Shown here: piece after piece, positions 50,946-61,360 of the stretch
Numbering within the stretch: position 1 is the first letter of the stretch
Layout of the letters: every line of letters begins with the position of its first letter
Assembly: GCA_016844925.1 (NCBI GenBank)
Contig: JAERTI010000036.1
Location: 79,863-143,862, forward strand
DNA: 64,000 bases
Source of the DNA: Candidatus Uhrbacteria bacterium
Lineage (GTDB): Bacteria > Patescibacteriota > Patescibacteriia > UBA9934 > GWF2-40-263
Direction: 5' to 3'
The notes under the pieces: model-generated
Told to the model about the DNA's origin: nothing
The model's database searches: none
Seen by the model: the letters and a program-made list of their open reading frames with translations, nothing else
Translations under genes and position numbers: made by a program

Positions 50946-51130
50946 ATGAAGGTATTGTACGGGACCGTTGACTTTTTGACCAAAATAGACTAGTTTGTGG
51001 TGTCGTTTGTAAGGCGGGAGTTAACCTGTCTTTTGAGCACAACCGTGCACGCGGAATCGTGCATTCTGTCTGAGGTGTATCGAAGCGGTGGTGCAAGCTG
51101 CTGTGAGACTACCGAAGGATGGAGGAAAGG

Positions 51131-51859
51131 ATGTCTACTCTGTTTGGTCTGGGTCACGTGGCCCAGCTTCATGAAATTCAGAGGGCTCGCCTCAAGTGTG
51201 ATCAGCCCGGCATTGGTGTGGAGGTGGAAGAGCTCATCGCCCGTCTTACCTCCGGCGGTGTCGCCGGCAAGAGCAATGACCCTCGCGAGATCCAGGCCAA
51301 GCGGTTGTGGGACCTGGGTGTCGGCAGGGAGCTGGGGTTCGAGAATTTCGCCGCCTGGCTCGAGAGCCTTCCGCCAGTTCCCGAGTACCCTGATGATAGG
51401 CAGCTCAGCATCTTGGTGCTCGTGCCAGATCAGAGCAAGATCAGGATCGTGAAGTCCTGCCAGCTTCTGGGGATCAACTTCTCGGGCACGGACAACACCT
51501 TCGTGGACGCACGGCCTGACAAGGCTCTCTCGGGCACCTACTGGATGTGGTGCCAGGATGGTAGTGAGTACCGTGGTAAGAAGCCCGAGGTCTGTCGCGA
51601 CGATCTCTTTCCCAAGGAGAACCAGATCGCCATGACTGCGTACGAAGGTCTGTGGCTCTATGCCGTGGACCGCAGTGTCCTCAGTCGTCACTACATCGAC
51701 CTCCCTGGGTCGGTGCTCGATGTTCCCGGCCGAGATCCACGTCCTGGCCACGTCGCGTACTTGGAGCTCTGGGGCGGTGGGCCGAAGCTGCACTGGGACT
51801 GGGCTGGCCGTGCCTATGGTGGCTTCGGCTCCGCCTCTCGTGGGAGTGAATCCACTTAG
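51131..51859 (+). CDS. Uncharacterised cytoplasmic protein (about 242 aa); GC-rich coding sequence
   Basis: The ATG at 51131 is preceded by GGAGGAAAGG (the track ORF starts at 51119). GC-rich third codon positions. The antisense ORF 50990-51793 is judged spurious. No recognisable family. Confidence 0.5.
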   Translation: MSTLFGLGHVAQLHEIQRARLKCDQPGIGVEVEELIARLTSGGVAGKSNDPREIQAKRLWDLGVGRELGFENFAAWLESLPPVPEYPDDRQLSILVLVPDQSKIRIVKSCQLLGINFSGTDNTFVDARPDKALSGTYWMWCQDGSEYRGKKPEVCRDDLFPKENQIAMTAYEGLWLYAVDRSVLSRHYIDLPGSVLDVPGRDPRPGHVAYLELWGGGPKLHWDWAGRAYGGFGSASRGSEST

Positions 51860-51901
51860 CCCTCGGTCCTTAGCTCTTTTCTGAAGCTCAACCCTTTACG
51901 T

Positions 51902-51931
51902 GCACCAGGTCTGGAGATCCTGGTGCTTTTT
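51902..51931 (+). terminator. Rho-independent terminator
   Basis: GCACCAGG-tctggagat-CCTGGTGC followed by TTTTTG. A second hairpin at 51950-51980 terminates the minus-strand fba. Confidence 0.75.
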
Positions 51932-52001
51932 GATTTCAGTCGCTACTATAAATAAAAACACCGCTAACTTGCGGTGTTTACCATGTTCAATACTGAAAGG
52001 A

Positions 52002-52925
52002 CTATCCCTTACCCGTGCTGCCAAACATCCGCATCTTTTGTCGCACAACCTTCGTCATCAACTCTTTGGCTGGCCCCAGGATCTTGCGTGGATCAAACAC
52101 TTCTGGTTGCTCGTGGAGGAACTTGCGGACACCGGCATCAAAGGCGATGCGGAGGTCTGAATCGATGTTTACTTTGTTGATGCCGAGTTTCACAGCACGT
52201 CGAATATGCGCATCGGAGACCCCCTTAGCCTTCTCGATCTTACAACCGTACTTAATACACTGGTTTTTAATCGTTGATGGGATGCCTGAGGCGCCGTGCA
52301 GCACAAGAGGTACCTTTACGAGATCCTTGATGGTCGTGAGTCGCTTGAAGTCCAGCTGACTGTCGCCACCAAACTTGTACGCTCCATGGCTTGTCCCGAT
52401 TGCCACAGCCAACGCGTCACAACCAGTACGCTGCACGAATTCAAGAGCCTGCTCTGGGTCGGTGAGGTGTGCGTCTTTTTCTTCAACGGAGACAAAGTCC
52501 TCGATGCCCGCGATCGCTCCCAGCTCAGCTTCGACAGAGATGCCTCGGCGGTGCGCCATGGTGACAAGTCTTTTTGTTAACTTGATGTTCTCTTTGTAGG
52601 GGAGCGATGAGCCGTCAAACATGACGGATGTGTAAAAGCCGCTCTTAATAGCACGAACAACGAGGTCGTAGTTTTTTCCGTGATCAAGGTGAAAGACAAC
52701 CGGACGTTTGGATCGCTTTGCGGCCAGATGCACGAGCGTTCCTAGCTCTTCCATGCCGGCGTACTTGAGCGCTCCTTCACTGGTGGAGATAACGACCGGT
52801 GCGCGCTCCGCCTCTGCCGCATCCATGACCGCCTGGAGGATTTCTAAGTTATTGATGTTAAACGCTCCGACAGCATAATTTTGTCGGTGGGCCTTTTTTA
52901 AAACGTTCGTCAGGGTCGTGAGCAT
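52002..52925 (-). CDS. fba: Class II fructose-bisphosphate aldolase
   Basis: 307 aa; FHLDHG and GTSHG zinc-binding motifs. Confidence 0.85.
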   Translation of the reverse strand: MLTTLTNVLKKAHRQNYAVGAFNINNLEILQAVMDAAEAERAPVVISTSEGALKYAGMEELGTLVHLAAKRSKRPVVFHLDHGKNYDLVVRAIKSGFYTSVMFDGSSLPYKENIKLTKRLVTMAHRRGISVEAELGAIAGIEDFVSVEEKDAHLTDPEQALEFVQRTGCDALAVAIGTSHGAYKFGGDSQLDFKRLTTIKDLVKVPLVLHGASGIPSTIKNQCIKYGCKIEKAKGVSDAHIRRAVKLGINKVNIDSDLRIAFDAGVRKFLHEQPEVFDPRKILGPAKELMTKVVRQKMRMFGSTGKG

Positions 52926-52926
52926 A

Positions 52927-53892
52927 TTAGTCTAAGCATTCGGGACAAAATTTAGGATGCTTCCTCAGCCGAGCTTTGATTTGTGTATGGCGTAGGAGTC
53001 CTGGTGTGGGTCCCACATGCTGCACAACCTCCGCAGCGTTTACCGATCCCCATCGGAGCCCTTCCTGCAAAGCGAGGCCGTACATGCGTGCCCCTAGATA
53101 TCCTGCAGCAAAACTGTCGCCTGCTCCGGTTGCTTCGATCCGTTCACCTGGGAAGATCGGGCAGAAGTAGAGGTTCGTTCCATCATAGCCATACGACCCT
53201 TTACGTCCATCCGTAATGACGACTTCCTTTGGTCCAAGCTTGAACAGGCGTTGCGCCAATGTTTTGATACCTACGCGAGATGACCCCACAATTCGTTGCC
53301 CCTCCTGCACATTGACGAACAGCACACTTGTTTCTTTGATGAGGCGGAACAGTGCAGGTTTACGCTCCATGATTTGTTGGTTTCCTGGATTGAAGCCGAG
53401 AAGCGTTCGTTCTTTACGAATGTGGGTGACGACTTCATCGTAGAGTCGCTCGTAATCATTTCCCATTTCCGAGATATAGAGCCACTTTGTCTTCAGTCCT
53501 TTGGGGAGGTGATAGAGCCTATCGATGTAAGAAACAAGAATGGTCTTTTCTCCACGAAGGCTCAGGACGGTGGAGTAAGCGCTACTCATGCCTTTGTGTG
53601 TATTGATATAACGCGTAGCCACTTGCTCCTTGTGTAAAAAATCCAGGGCGAGGGTGTGGGTGAGGTCGGCTCCCATGTGTGAGATGACCGCGGTTTTTTT
53701 CTTCATGCGAGCAAGGGCCGTCGCCACGTTGGGGGCTGAGCCGGCAACTTGCTGATCCAGAAGCTTCACCGTGATCTTCTCTCCGAAATCAAATTGAATC
53801 TCTCCCTTCTCAAGGTCGCACTTTTCCGAGCACGCATCCAGAGAAATGAACACGTCGAGTTTGATATCACCAATGGAGACAAGGTCGTACAT
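52927..53892 (-). CDS. PfkB-family carbohydrate kinase (second copy)
   Basis: TGAGDSF motif; 2-nt spacing to fba. Confidence 0.7.
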   Translation of the reverse strand: MYDLVSIGDIKLDVFISLDACSEKCDLEKGEIQFDFGEKITVKLLDQQVAGSAPNVATALARMKKKTAVISHMGADLTHTLALDFLHKEQVATRYINTHKGMSSAYSTVLSLRGEKTILVSYIDRLYHLPKGLKTKWLYISEMGNDYERLYDEVVTHIRKERTLLGFNPGNQQIMERKPALFRLIKETSVLFVNVQEGQRIVGSSRVGIKTLAQRLFKLGPKEVVITDGRKGSYGYDGTNLYFCPIFPGERIEATGAGDSFAAGYLGARMYGLALQEGLRWGSVNAAEVVQHVGPTPGLLRHTQIKARLRKHPKFCPECLD

Positions 53893-53936
53893 ATGAACCT
53901 AGTATAGCAAAAAACAGCCCCGAAGGGCTGTTTGTA

Positions 53937-55007
53937 TTACTGACTTTCTGCCGTGACGATAGTCCACTTATATCCTGTTTCTGATGTTTCCTCTGCGTTC
54001 ATGGCAGCCACGTACAGTCGCAGGGTGCCATCATTGAATGCGACAATCTTTGGATCGTTCAGAGAAAAGGTTTCCATGAGATGGACATCTTCGTACGAAA
54101 GTAGTTGCCCGTAGTACTCAAACGTTTCGCCGTAGTTGTCGCTTGTGTACCCATGAATAATCCCTTGTTTCCCAAGTGGGGGTTTAGGGGCCTCTGATTG
54201 GTTCATGATGATGAGGAAGATTGTTCCGTCGTTCATCACAATGGCATTTGGATCAGCGTAGATGGCGTGCTCAAGTGTGCCGGCCAAGATGTCTTCTTCC
54301 ATGAGGGTGAACGCAAGGCCTTCTGATTCTGGCTCTGCGTAGGCCCTGTCTACGACAATGTCGCCTGCTTCGTCTGTCTTGTTAAAAAGCATCACGACGC
54401 CACCCTGGTCGTCCATAAAGTAAGTATAGACGCCAAATTCTCTTGCATCCGAGGCGTCCTCTGCATGAGCCTCAAAGACGATCACTCCATCATCTACATA
54501 TGTCTCACCATCTATCGATGATGAACTCATAACACCTCCGCTCCCTGGCTGAAATGTGTAGCGACGCCAGAGATCCTCGCGGATCTGGACCCCGGGCGGT
54601 CTTGGGGGTTCTGTACTCTCGTTTTCTATCTCTTCAAACGTCACCCCATCCTCAGAGTAGATAAGTTTCACCTTGTCCTGCGGGGCAAATTTCAATTGCG
54701 TCGATCGTGACTCATACGCGAGGGTGAGAGACTCTCCATCGGTGTCAATGACCATAGGGTTTGAACCCCAGTCCACCACAATCTCATCATGAACCTTGAA
54801 CAGTGATTCTCCATCAACTTCCTGTGCCGTTTCTTCAGAGCTACCCGGCTCTACCTCCGGTGCCGGGGGTATTTTTGTCTCAATGGCAGCAGGTTCGTCT
54901 GCCTGTGAGTTTGCATACCAGGTACCAAGGCCAATGCCGATGATTCCTGCAAGGATGAGAGCGGGGATGCCCCAGAGGAGATATTTCATATAATGTGAGT
55001 ATAACAA
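53937..55007 (-). CDS. Hypothetical membrane-anchored extracellular protein
   Basis: 356 aa; N-terminal TM helix; acidic beta-rich ectodomain. Confidence 0.45.
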   Translation of the reverse strand: MLYSHYMKYLLWGIPALILAGIIGIGLGTWYANSQADEPAAIETKIPPAPEVEPGSSEETAQEVDGESLFKVHDEIVVDWGSNPMVIDTDGESLTLAYESRSTQLKFAPQDKVKLIYSEDGVTFEEIENESTEPPRPPGVQIREDLWRRYTFQPGSGGVMSSSSIDGETYVDDGVIVFEAHAEDASDAREFGVYTYFMDDQGGVVMLFNKTDEAGDIVVDRAYAEPESEGLAFTLMEEDILAGTLEHAIYADPNAIVMNDGTIFLIIMNQSEAPKPPLGKQGIIHGYTSDNYGETFEYYGQLLSYEDVHLMETFSLNDPKIVAFNDGTLRLYVAAMNAEETSETGYKWTIVTAESQ

Positions 55008-55041
55008 AAAAGAGGCGAGCGTGATGCTGCCTCTGTCGAGC

Positions 55042-55923
55042 TCAGGCCGCGCGGATCTCTCGGATCATTGCGAGGATGTTCTCGACCGTGTGGTTGGTTC
55101 TTCCCTTGACGTTGCTTACGCCCCAGCACCTGCCAGCGCCGAAGGTGAACGTGCTGCCGTGGACGTGAGCCATGAGCGCTTCGCTCAGGGTGGGATCCAC
55201 GTTCTGAACGAAGATCTCCGCACCGTTCATGTCCGAGACGATCAGCGGGTGCTCATCCAGGTCGTGGGCGATGCTGAGGATGCCCACGGCGCCGCGGACC
55301 GCCTGCGTCTGTGCACGTGAGCGCACGACGATGAAGCCGTCTTCGACCAGCCGTCCTCCCCAGGCGATCTGTGCCTGGGTCTGTTCGGCATCGAAGTGCT
55401 CGTAGTTCTCACGAGCGAGCTGGTTCCGGAAGGCAACCACGGTTGCCCGTTCCTCTGCGCTGTAGCCTTCCTCACGGAGTCCACGCGCATAGCGGTCGTC
55501 CATGATGCCGATGCCTCGCACCAGGTGAGGGTCCAGGTCCCAGTCCTCCAGGATCTCGTCGGAGAGTCCGGCCAGGGCCAGGAACTGCTCCAGCGATGAG
55601 CGGAGGCGGGTGCCGTCCTCACCCTTGGTGCGGTCCAGGCTCATCTCACCACCGTAGCGGTGGTGGTCGATGACCGTCACGGTCATCCCAGCTTCACTCA
55701 GAGCCGTTTCCGTGAACGGCCCCGGCATCTCCACGATCCAGACTTCGCGCTTGCCCGTGGCGAGCACACGCTCGATCACGTCGGGCTCCGCGTCCAGCCG
55801 AGCTCCCACCGGTTGCTCGGAGACGAGCATGGCCATGCCCGCCCGCTCGGCGAGCTTGCAGATCAGGGTGCTCTCCGGGTCGTTGCGCACCGTCAGCAGG
55901 AGTACGTCTCTCAAATCGTTCAT
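55042..55923 (-). CDS. Uncharacterised cytoplasmic protein (293 aa); GC-rich coding sequence
   Basis: GC-rich third codon positions. Own promoter-like element upstream (TTGACA-17-TAGGTT on the minus strand at about 55960-55990). Hairpin plus T-run terminator at about 55012-55038. Antisense ORFs are judged spurious. Confidence 0.5.
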   Translation of the reverse strand: MNDLRDVLLLTVRNDPESTLICKLAERAGMAMLVSEQPVGARLDAEPDVIERVLATGKREVWIVEMPGPFTETALSEAGMTVTVIDHHRYGGEMSLDRTKGEDGTRLRSSLEQFLALAGLSDEILEDWDLDPHLVRGIGIMDDRYARGLREEGYSAEERATVVAFRNQLARENYEHFDAEQTQAQIAWGGRLVEDGFIVVRSRAQTQAVRGAVGILSIAHDLDEHPLIVSDMNGAEIFVQNVDPTLSEALMAHVHGSTFTFGAGRCWGVSNVKGRTNHTVENILAMIREIRAA

Positions 55924-56025
55924 GTCCCTTCCTTGGTTGGACAGCTAAACCTAGCAAAAAACCACCCGTCTGTCAACGGATGGTTTCTTAACTCCACCTC
56001 CTTCCTAAGGAGGCTGGGCGGTATT

Positions 56026-58230
56026 CTAGAGCGTCCCTTCTGGTGATTCAAAGAGGTTCTCTAGAGCCTCTGCTCGATCTGAGTCCACTTCACGTAGGAG
56101 CTCGAGTGCCTGCGCAGCAGGTTCTTCCAGGCTTGTGTTGCGGAAGAGAACCGCCGCTGTTTCAAAGACGAAGGCTCGTTGGTTACGGCGCACGAATTCA
56201 AAGGCGTAGTTGGCTGGAGCATTCGGGATATCGGGGTGTGTTTCAGAGATGTGAGCTAAGGCTTCTAGTACGACGGTATCACTAAAGATGACGTAGCCGT
56301 GATCGAGGGCATAGGAGAGAGCTTCTGTGCCCGCGTCATAATCCCCCAATCCATAGTGGACCGCCGCTGTGTTGAATTGGTGTTGGGCCCTGTCGTAGTC
56401 GCTTGTCAGGTAGGGCTCAACGATGGGAAGGAGACTCTCGGCAAGTTTGTAATCACCATGGTGTAGAGCGACGGCTAGGCGAGCGCGATGGCTCGCTGCC
56501 AGGTGTGGAGCAAGTTCTAGTGCGTGATCTGAGGCCGCATACGACTCCTCGGGAATAATTTCTTTGAATGCCGCATCCGCCCCCGCGAGGTAGATGCTTG
56601 AAACAATGAGCTTGTAATCCAGTGGGCGTTGTACGGCGAAGGTGGCCAGGTCACGCGCGTACTCATCGGTGAATGTTTGGACTTCGGATTCGTCTAGGCG
56701 GTAGTTATACAGACTAGTGATGATACCTGTGGAGAGGAATACGAGCTCGTCTTTCGTATAAGGCGAGTCGAGACTCTTTGCCTCGGTGTAGATTTCATGG
56801 AGTCCAGCGTAATCAGGTTTGGTGATTTCTTCCATGGCACTGACCAGCATGACGTCTTGTTTCATTGGGAGATACTGGTAGGTGTAGATGCTGAATGCAA
56901 CAGCAAGAGCTGTTAAGCCTACGATGGAGCCTCTAATCATCGGGTCCTTCACAAAAGGTGTTGCGTGGTCCTTTGGTTTCTTTTCCACGGTGAGAATGGT
57001 AATGCCAGCCAAGAGGAACGTCAGCATGACCGACTGGTACATGGAGTGAAACATGAAGAGGTCTTGCAGGACTTGTGCCACCAAAGCCCCTAGCAAGGCT
57101 GCGTAAAACAAGGTGGTTTTCTTTTTCTTTGTGATGATGTGTAGCAAGTTCTTCGAGGAGATCGCAAGAACCACGAACCAGGCAAAGAGGGTTATGATCC
57201 CAGCGCCAACAGCTAGGTCGAGATAATAGTTGTGAGCATCCTCATACCATCCTTGCAGCAGTCCTGTGTGAATGGATGGGTCATAGAGACTTCGCAATGG
57301 AATGGAGAAGTTATTTAGCCCCCAGCCCGTAAGGGGTTTTTGGGAAATGGCTTGTTCGGCAATGTGCCAGAGATCAAAACGATCCTGAGCAGAGAGGCTC
57401 GAGAGATGGGAGATAGAAGGCACTGAGCCAAGAATGAATACCGAGGCCACGACAGCTAACACAACACCAGCCATGCCAGCAATGATTTTTTTCCTGACTT
57501 TTTTCTGTCGTGTTGCCACAATGGCGAGGCAGACGAGGGTCCCAATCACCGCTGCTCCAAGCGAGCTCCTCGAGCCTGCCGCTAGGAGCGAGAGCGTGTT
57601 GAGTGTCAGGCCCAGAATAACCAAGATGCGGATGGGAAGCTTCTTTGCACTGAGGAGAGCCATGGCAAAGAAGACGTGCATGAGGGCGTAAGGGGATAGA
57701 TGCAGAGAGTTACCAAAGAGCCCATCTGCACGCTGAAAACCTGTGGTCACCCATTCGGTCAGTGTGAATCCCGCGACGATGATCGAGATGCCAATAGAAA
57801 TAAGGAGTAACTTGATCCAATCGAATCGTGTCTTAAACGTGGAACTTAAGACACAGAACAAGGCCCAGTAATGTAGGTGTTGCCAGAGACCGTTCATGCT
57901 ATCCATGGTGGACCAGAATGAACGGGGGAGGTCTTGGCTAAAGAGTTGTGAGAGTGTGAGGAGGCCAAAGAAAAAATGGACAGCCATGACCAGCGGTGTT
58001 CGTAGGTGGGGGCGATAGGATCGGTCCAGCGTGAACAAAAACACCCAGACCACGAACATGATCTGGATGAGGGTTTGCATGGCAAGGGCTTTGGCAAACA
58101 GGAATGGAAAAAACGTCGTCAGGCCTGGGGTACTTGTCACAATCAAAGGGACGGCGAGAACACCTGCTGTTAAAACAGTGATAATCAAGACGAGCCATTC
58201 CTTCAAGGTGAGAGATTGCAGCTTTTTCAT
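56026..58230 (-). CDS. O-antigen ligase/Wzy_C-family polytopic membrane protein fused to a C-terminal TPR-like helical-repeat domain
   Basis: 734 aa; about 12 TM helices with a GSRSSLGA-type loop; C-terminal 250 aa of alpha-helical repeats. Confidence 0.55.
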   Translation of the reverse strand: MKKLQSLTLKEWLVLIITVLTAGVLAVPLIVTSTPGLTTFFPFLFAKALAMQTLIQIMFVVWVFLFTLDRSYRPHLRTPLVMAVHFFFGLLTLSQLFSQDLPRSFWSTMDSMNGLWQHLHYWALFCVLSSTFKTRFDWIKLLLISIGISIIVAGFTLTEWVTTGFQRADGLFGNSLHLSPYALMHVFFAMALLSAKKLPIRILVILGLTLNTLSLLAAGSRSSLGAAVIGTLVCLAIVATRQKKVRKKIIAGMAGVVLAVVASVFILGSVPSISHLSSLSAQDRFDLWHIAEQAISQKPLTGWGLNNFSIPLRSLYDPSIHTGLLQGWYEDAHNYYLDLAVGAGIITLFAWFVVLAISSKNLLHIITKKKKTTLFYAALLGALVAQVLQDLFMFHSMYQSVMLTFLLAGITILTVEKKPKDHATPFVKDPMIRGSIVGLTALAVAFSIYTYQYLPMKQDVMLVSAMEEITKPDYAGLHEIYTEAKSLDSPYTKDELVFLSTGIITSLYNYRLDESEVQTFTDEYARDLATFAVQRPLDYKLIVSSIYLAGADAAFKEIIPEESYAASDHALELAPHLAASHRARLAVALHHGDYKLAESLLPIVEPYLTSDYDRAQHQFNTAAVHYGLGDYDAGTEALSYALDHGYVIFSDTVVLEALAHISETHPDIPNAPANYAFEFVRRNQRAFVFETAAVLFRNTSLEEPAAQALELLREVDSDRAEALENLFESPEGTL

Positions 58231-58236
58231 GTGGTT

Positions 58237-59406
58237 CTAGTTACGGGAGGCAAGTGAGTTGTTTGGTTTCTTTCCTCCCCATTTTTTCGGTGCACGTGCA
58301 AGGGCTTCTTGCATGACATCCTCATGGACGGCAGCCAATCGCTCTTGTGCAACCGTAATGTGTGCCGGCATTTTCGGAACGCGCTTTCCTAGTTTGCGTT
58401 GAAGGACGCGGTCTGCTGCCAGGGCAATGAATGACGCTGTCACACCAAGACCTTCTTGTACCTGTCGAGGTTCACCCGATTCACCAAAGCGATCCTGGGC
58501 TCCAATGCGTTCTACCGGAACGGGAGTGGTCAGAGCAAGTGTCTCACAGACGGCACCCGCGAGACCTCCGGCCACCTGTGCTTCTTCAATCGTTACGATG
58601 GCACCTGTTTCCTTTGCCGCTTTTATAATCGTGCGTTCATCGAGGGGTTTGATGGTGTGGCAGTTAATGACACGACATTCAATACCGTGGTCAGCGCTCA
58701 ACATCTGTGCAGCCAGCAGCGCCTCGTAGACAAGTGGGCCGGTGGCGATAAGAGTGAGGTCGTTTCCGTGACGGAAGGTTTCAGCACGACCGACTTTAAA
58801 TGGTGTGTTCTTGGTGGTGAATGCTGGAGATGCTGCGCGTGCAAAGCGGAAGTAGTACGGACCTTTTCGACGAGCCCCCTCAACAGTAGCCTTCTTCGTC
58901 TCGAGATAATCGCAGGGGGCAACGACGGTCATATTCGGCACGGCACGCATGATGGCGATATCTTCGAGCATTTGATGGGTGGCACCGTCGGGACCTACGG
59001 AGAGCCCCGCATGAGCGCCAGCAATTTTTACATTCGTGTTTTGTAGGGCAATAGTCGTTTTAATCTGTTCCCAGTTGCGACCAGGGGAGAAGGCGGCGTA
59101 GCTGGAGATAAACGGCACCTTTCCTGCTAGCGCTAGTCCTGCGCCAATGGACGCGAGAGCTTGTTCGGCAATGCCCATTTGAATAAATCGCTCTGGAAAT
59201 GCTTCTTTGAATGCGAGAGAGCGTGTGGATTCCGTGAGGTCGCAGCAGAGTACGACGACATTTTTATTCTTTTCACCAGCTTCAACAACACCCTCCCCAT
59301 AGCCATTACGCGTAGGAATTTGCTTGAGCTTCTCTGGGTTAAAGAGGTGGCGCACGAGCCGTGCCTCTTTGTTAATACCAGGTTTTGGTTGTTTTGTTTT
59401 TGCCAT
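58237..59406 (-). CDS. tktC: Transketolase C-terminal section (split transketolase subunit B) with a basic C-terminal extension of about 50 aa
   Basis: Pyrimidine-binding and C-terminal domains (GIAEQALASIGAGLA, HTIKPLDE). Also has an N-terminal extension of about 25 aa. Confidence 0.8.
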   Translation of the reverse strand: MAKTKQPKPGINKEARLVRHLFNPEKLKQIPTRNGYGEGVVEAGEKNKNVVVLCCDLTESTRSLAFKEAFPERFIQMGIAEQALASIGAGLALAGKVPFISSYAAFSPGRNWEQIKTTIALQNTNVKIAGAHAGLSVGPDGATHQMLEDIAIMRAVPNMTVVAPCDYLETKKATVEGARRKGPYYFRFARAASPAFTTKNTPFKVGRAETFRHGNDLTLIATGPLVYEALLAAQMLSADHGIECRVINCHTIKPLDERTIIKAAKETGAIVTIEEAQVAGGLAGAVCETLALTTPVPVERIGAQDRFGESGEPRQVQEGLGVTASFIALAADRVLQRKLGKRVPKMPAHITVAQERLAAVHEDVMQEALARAPKKWGGKKPNNSLASRN

Positions 59407-59407
59407 A

Positions 59408-60340
59408 TTACTTTCGTGAACGTCGCCACTTCATTCCTCCCCAGACAATCAACGCGACGGGGATACCGACGCCGCCACCAAAGATGACGAGCCAGATAAT
59501 GGCGTTAACGAGCCACTGACCGAATGCCACGAGGGTTGCGGCCGCAAGCTTAACGGTGGTGCCAGGACGGAATTCTTTTCCAGCGATTTCCACGACAGGC
59601 TCTTCTTCAAGAACGACAGTGATGGTCGAGAGGGAGGTCTGTGAGTCTAGGTAATTGATTTGTCCCTGGTAGCGCTCGATGAGTTCACGGGTGTAGGTGA
59701 GTTCACGCTCCACGTTCAGAATATCTTCCACGGTCTCTGCTTGTTCTAAGATATCCAGGTAGCGCACTTCCTGTGCTTTGGCGTTGTTGAGCCGCGCAAG
59801 GATGTCGACGTAATCTTCCGTCACATCGTCGGCACTTACTTGTTCTCGCTCTACCACAAGGGCGTATCCTTTAATGCCCTCCAAGGCTGAAGAAAAGTTC
59901 TCTACAGGAATACGCAGAGTGATGGAGGCATAACGTGTTCCGTCCGTCCGCTCATAGACCTCAGTGCGTTCAACGTACCCCTCGTTGGTGCTTGCGACGT
60001 TTTGAACTTGCTCGGCCGCCACATCCACGTCATCGACAACAAGTTCAAGTGTGCCAGTTTTGATAATTTTTGGATCGACAACGGTGCCATCACCCATGGT
60101 CACTGAAGAGCTTGTTCGAGAGACAAGCTCGCCACCGTAATCACCAGCTTCTTCAAACGCGATCATGGACTCAGCAACGGCAAAGTCCGAAAGGGCGGTG
60201 ACAGGCGCTGAGTAGTAGGAGTCTGTGGTGTAGCCAAGATTGTAAACAGCATTGCGGCCAACGATCAGAATAAGTACGACGATGGCAAGGGTGCCTATGC
60301 CGGCTAAGGCCCAGAGAGCGTATCGTTTCAAGTTGTCCAT
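59408..60340 (-). CDS. DUF4349-like secreted/membrane protein inserted between the transketolase halves
   Basis: 310 aa; N-terminal and C-terminal TM helices; coiled-coil middle; 1-2 nt spacing to both tkt genes. Confidence 0.5.
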   Translation of the reverse strand: MDNLKRYALWALAGIGTLAIVVLILIVGRNAVYNLGYTTDSYYSAPVTALSDFAVAESMIAFEEAGDYGGELVSRTSSSVTMGDGTVVDPKIIKTGTLELVVDDVDVAAEQVQNVASTNEGYVERTEVYERTDGTRYASITLRIPVENFSSALEGIKGYALVVEREQVSADDVTEDYVDILARLNNAKAQEVRYLDILEQAETVEDILNVERELTYTRELIERYQGQINYLDSQTSLSTITVVLEEEPVVEIAGKEFRPGTTVKLAAATLVAFGQWLVNAIIWLVIFGGGVGIPVALIVWGGMKWRRSRK

Positions 60341-60341
60341 A

Positions 60342-61241
60342 TTATTCGTGTTCGCTGGTTATCTTTCCACCAAGTGTGCGTAATCCACTCAGGGCATCTC
60401 GCGCTTCGTTTCCTGGTTTTGGCGGCTTTCCATGCCAAGTGAAGTCGTACTCCATGTAATCTACGCCGTAGCCAGGAATGGTGTCAGCGAGGATTACACT
60501 GCATTTTTCGCTCACGCCATGAGCTCGCTCTACGGCCGTGACGAAATCTCGAATGGAGTTTCCGGCACAGCGGATTACATTGAGTCCAAACGCTTCGAGT
60601 TTTTCTTGAAGGGGCTCAAGGGGCATCACCTGCTCTGTTGGTCCATCGATTTGAATATTGTTTCGATCAACAATGAACGTCAGGTTGTACAGCTTGTTGG
60701 TTCCAGCAAATTGGAATGCCTCCCAGACGATTCCTTCATTAAGTTCTCCGTCTCCAGTCATGCAGTACACACGCCAAGGGGAGCGGTCCATGAGTCCGGC
60801 ATAGGCCATCCCAACAGCCTGAGGGATTCCTTCTCCCAGTGGACCAGAGGTTGTTTCCAGTGATTCCATCCATTCAAGTTCAGGATGTCCCTGCAGTGGC
60901 GAGCCAATCTTACGCAGGGTCATGAGGAGCTTCTTTGGGAAGTATCCAGCATGGGCCATGGCCACGTAGCGAGCTGGTGTGACGTGTCCGTTTGAGAGAA
61001 TGAATCGATCACGATCTTTCCAGAGAGGCTTTTTTGGATCATGCACCATCACGTGAAAGTAGAGGGCGGTGAACACATCCGCGAGACCCAGGGGGCCGGC
61101 GCTGTGGCCAGAGCCTGCTTCAACAAGCATGTCGATGAGATCCTCGCGAATCTCAGCTGCTTTTTTCTCGAGTGTTTTGAGTTTTCGGTCATGTAAGTGC
61201 AGGGGTTTTCGCACTTTCGGACCTAAGGTGAGGTTTGCCAT
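60342..61241 (-). CDS. tktN: Transketolase N-terminal section (split transketolase subunit A, TPP-binding)
   Basis: GSGHSAGPLGLADVF and GDGELNEG TPP-binding motifs. Confidence 0.85.
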   Translation of the reverse strand: MANLTLGPKVRKPLHLHDRKLKTLEKKAAEIREDLIDMLVEAGSGHSAGPLGLADVFTALYFHVMVHDPKKPLWKDRDRFILSNGHVTPARYVAMAHAGYFPKKLLMTLRKIGSPLQGHPELEWMESLETTSGPLGEGIPQAVGMAYAGLMDRSPWRVYCMTGDGELNEGIVWEAFQFAGTNKLYNLTFIVDRNNIQIDGPTEQVMPLEPLQEKLEAFGLNVIRCAGNSIRDFVTAVERAHGVSEKCSVILADTIPGYGVDYMEYDFTWHGKPPKPGNEARDALSGLRTLGGKITSEHE

Positions 61242-61360
61242 AGTGGGAACAGTTTATCATGGTGAGGCCAACTTGTTTTGTTTTATCTGTGCTTAACTTG
61301 GCGGCGTGGCGGGAAATAAAAACAGACCCGTAAGGGCCTGTTTTTATTTCTATGTACTCG

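Noticed and set aside
50990-51793. 267-aa minus-strand ORF antisense to the 51131-51859 gene
   Set aside because: Antisense artefact of GC-rich sequence. The plus-strand frame has a strong RBS.
55042-55923. DHH-family phosphoesterase call for the GC-rich gene because of a VIDHH motif
   Set aside because: The upstream DxD/DHH motif set is absent. The single DHH tripeptide is insufficient, so the gene stays uncharacterised.
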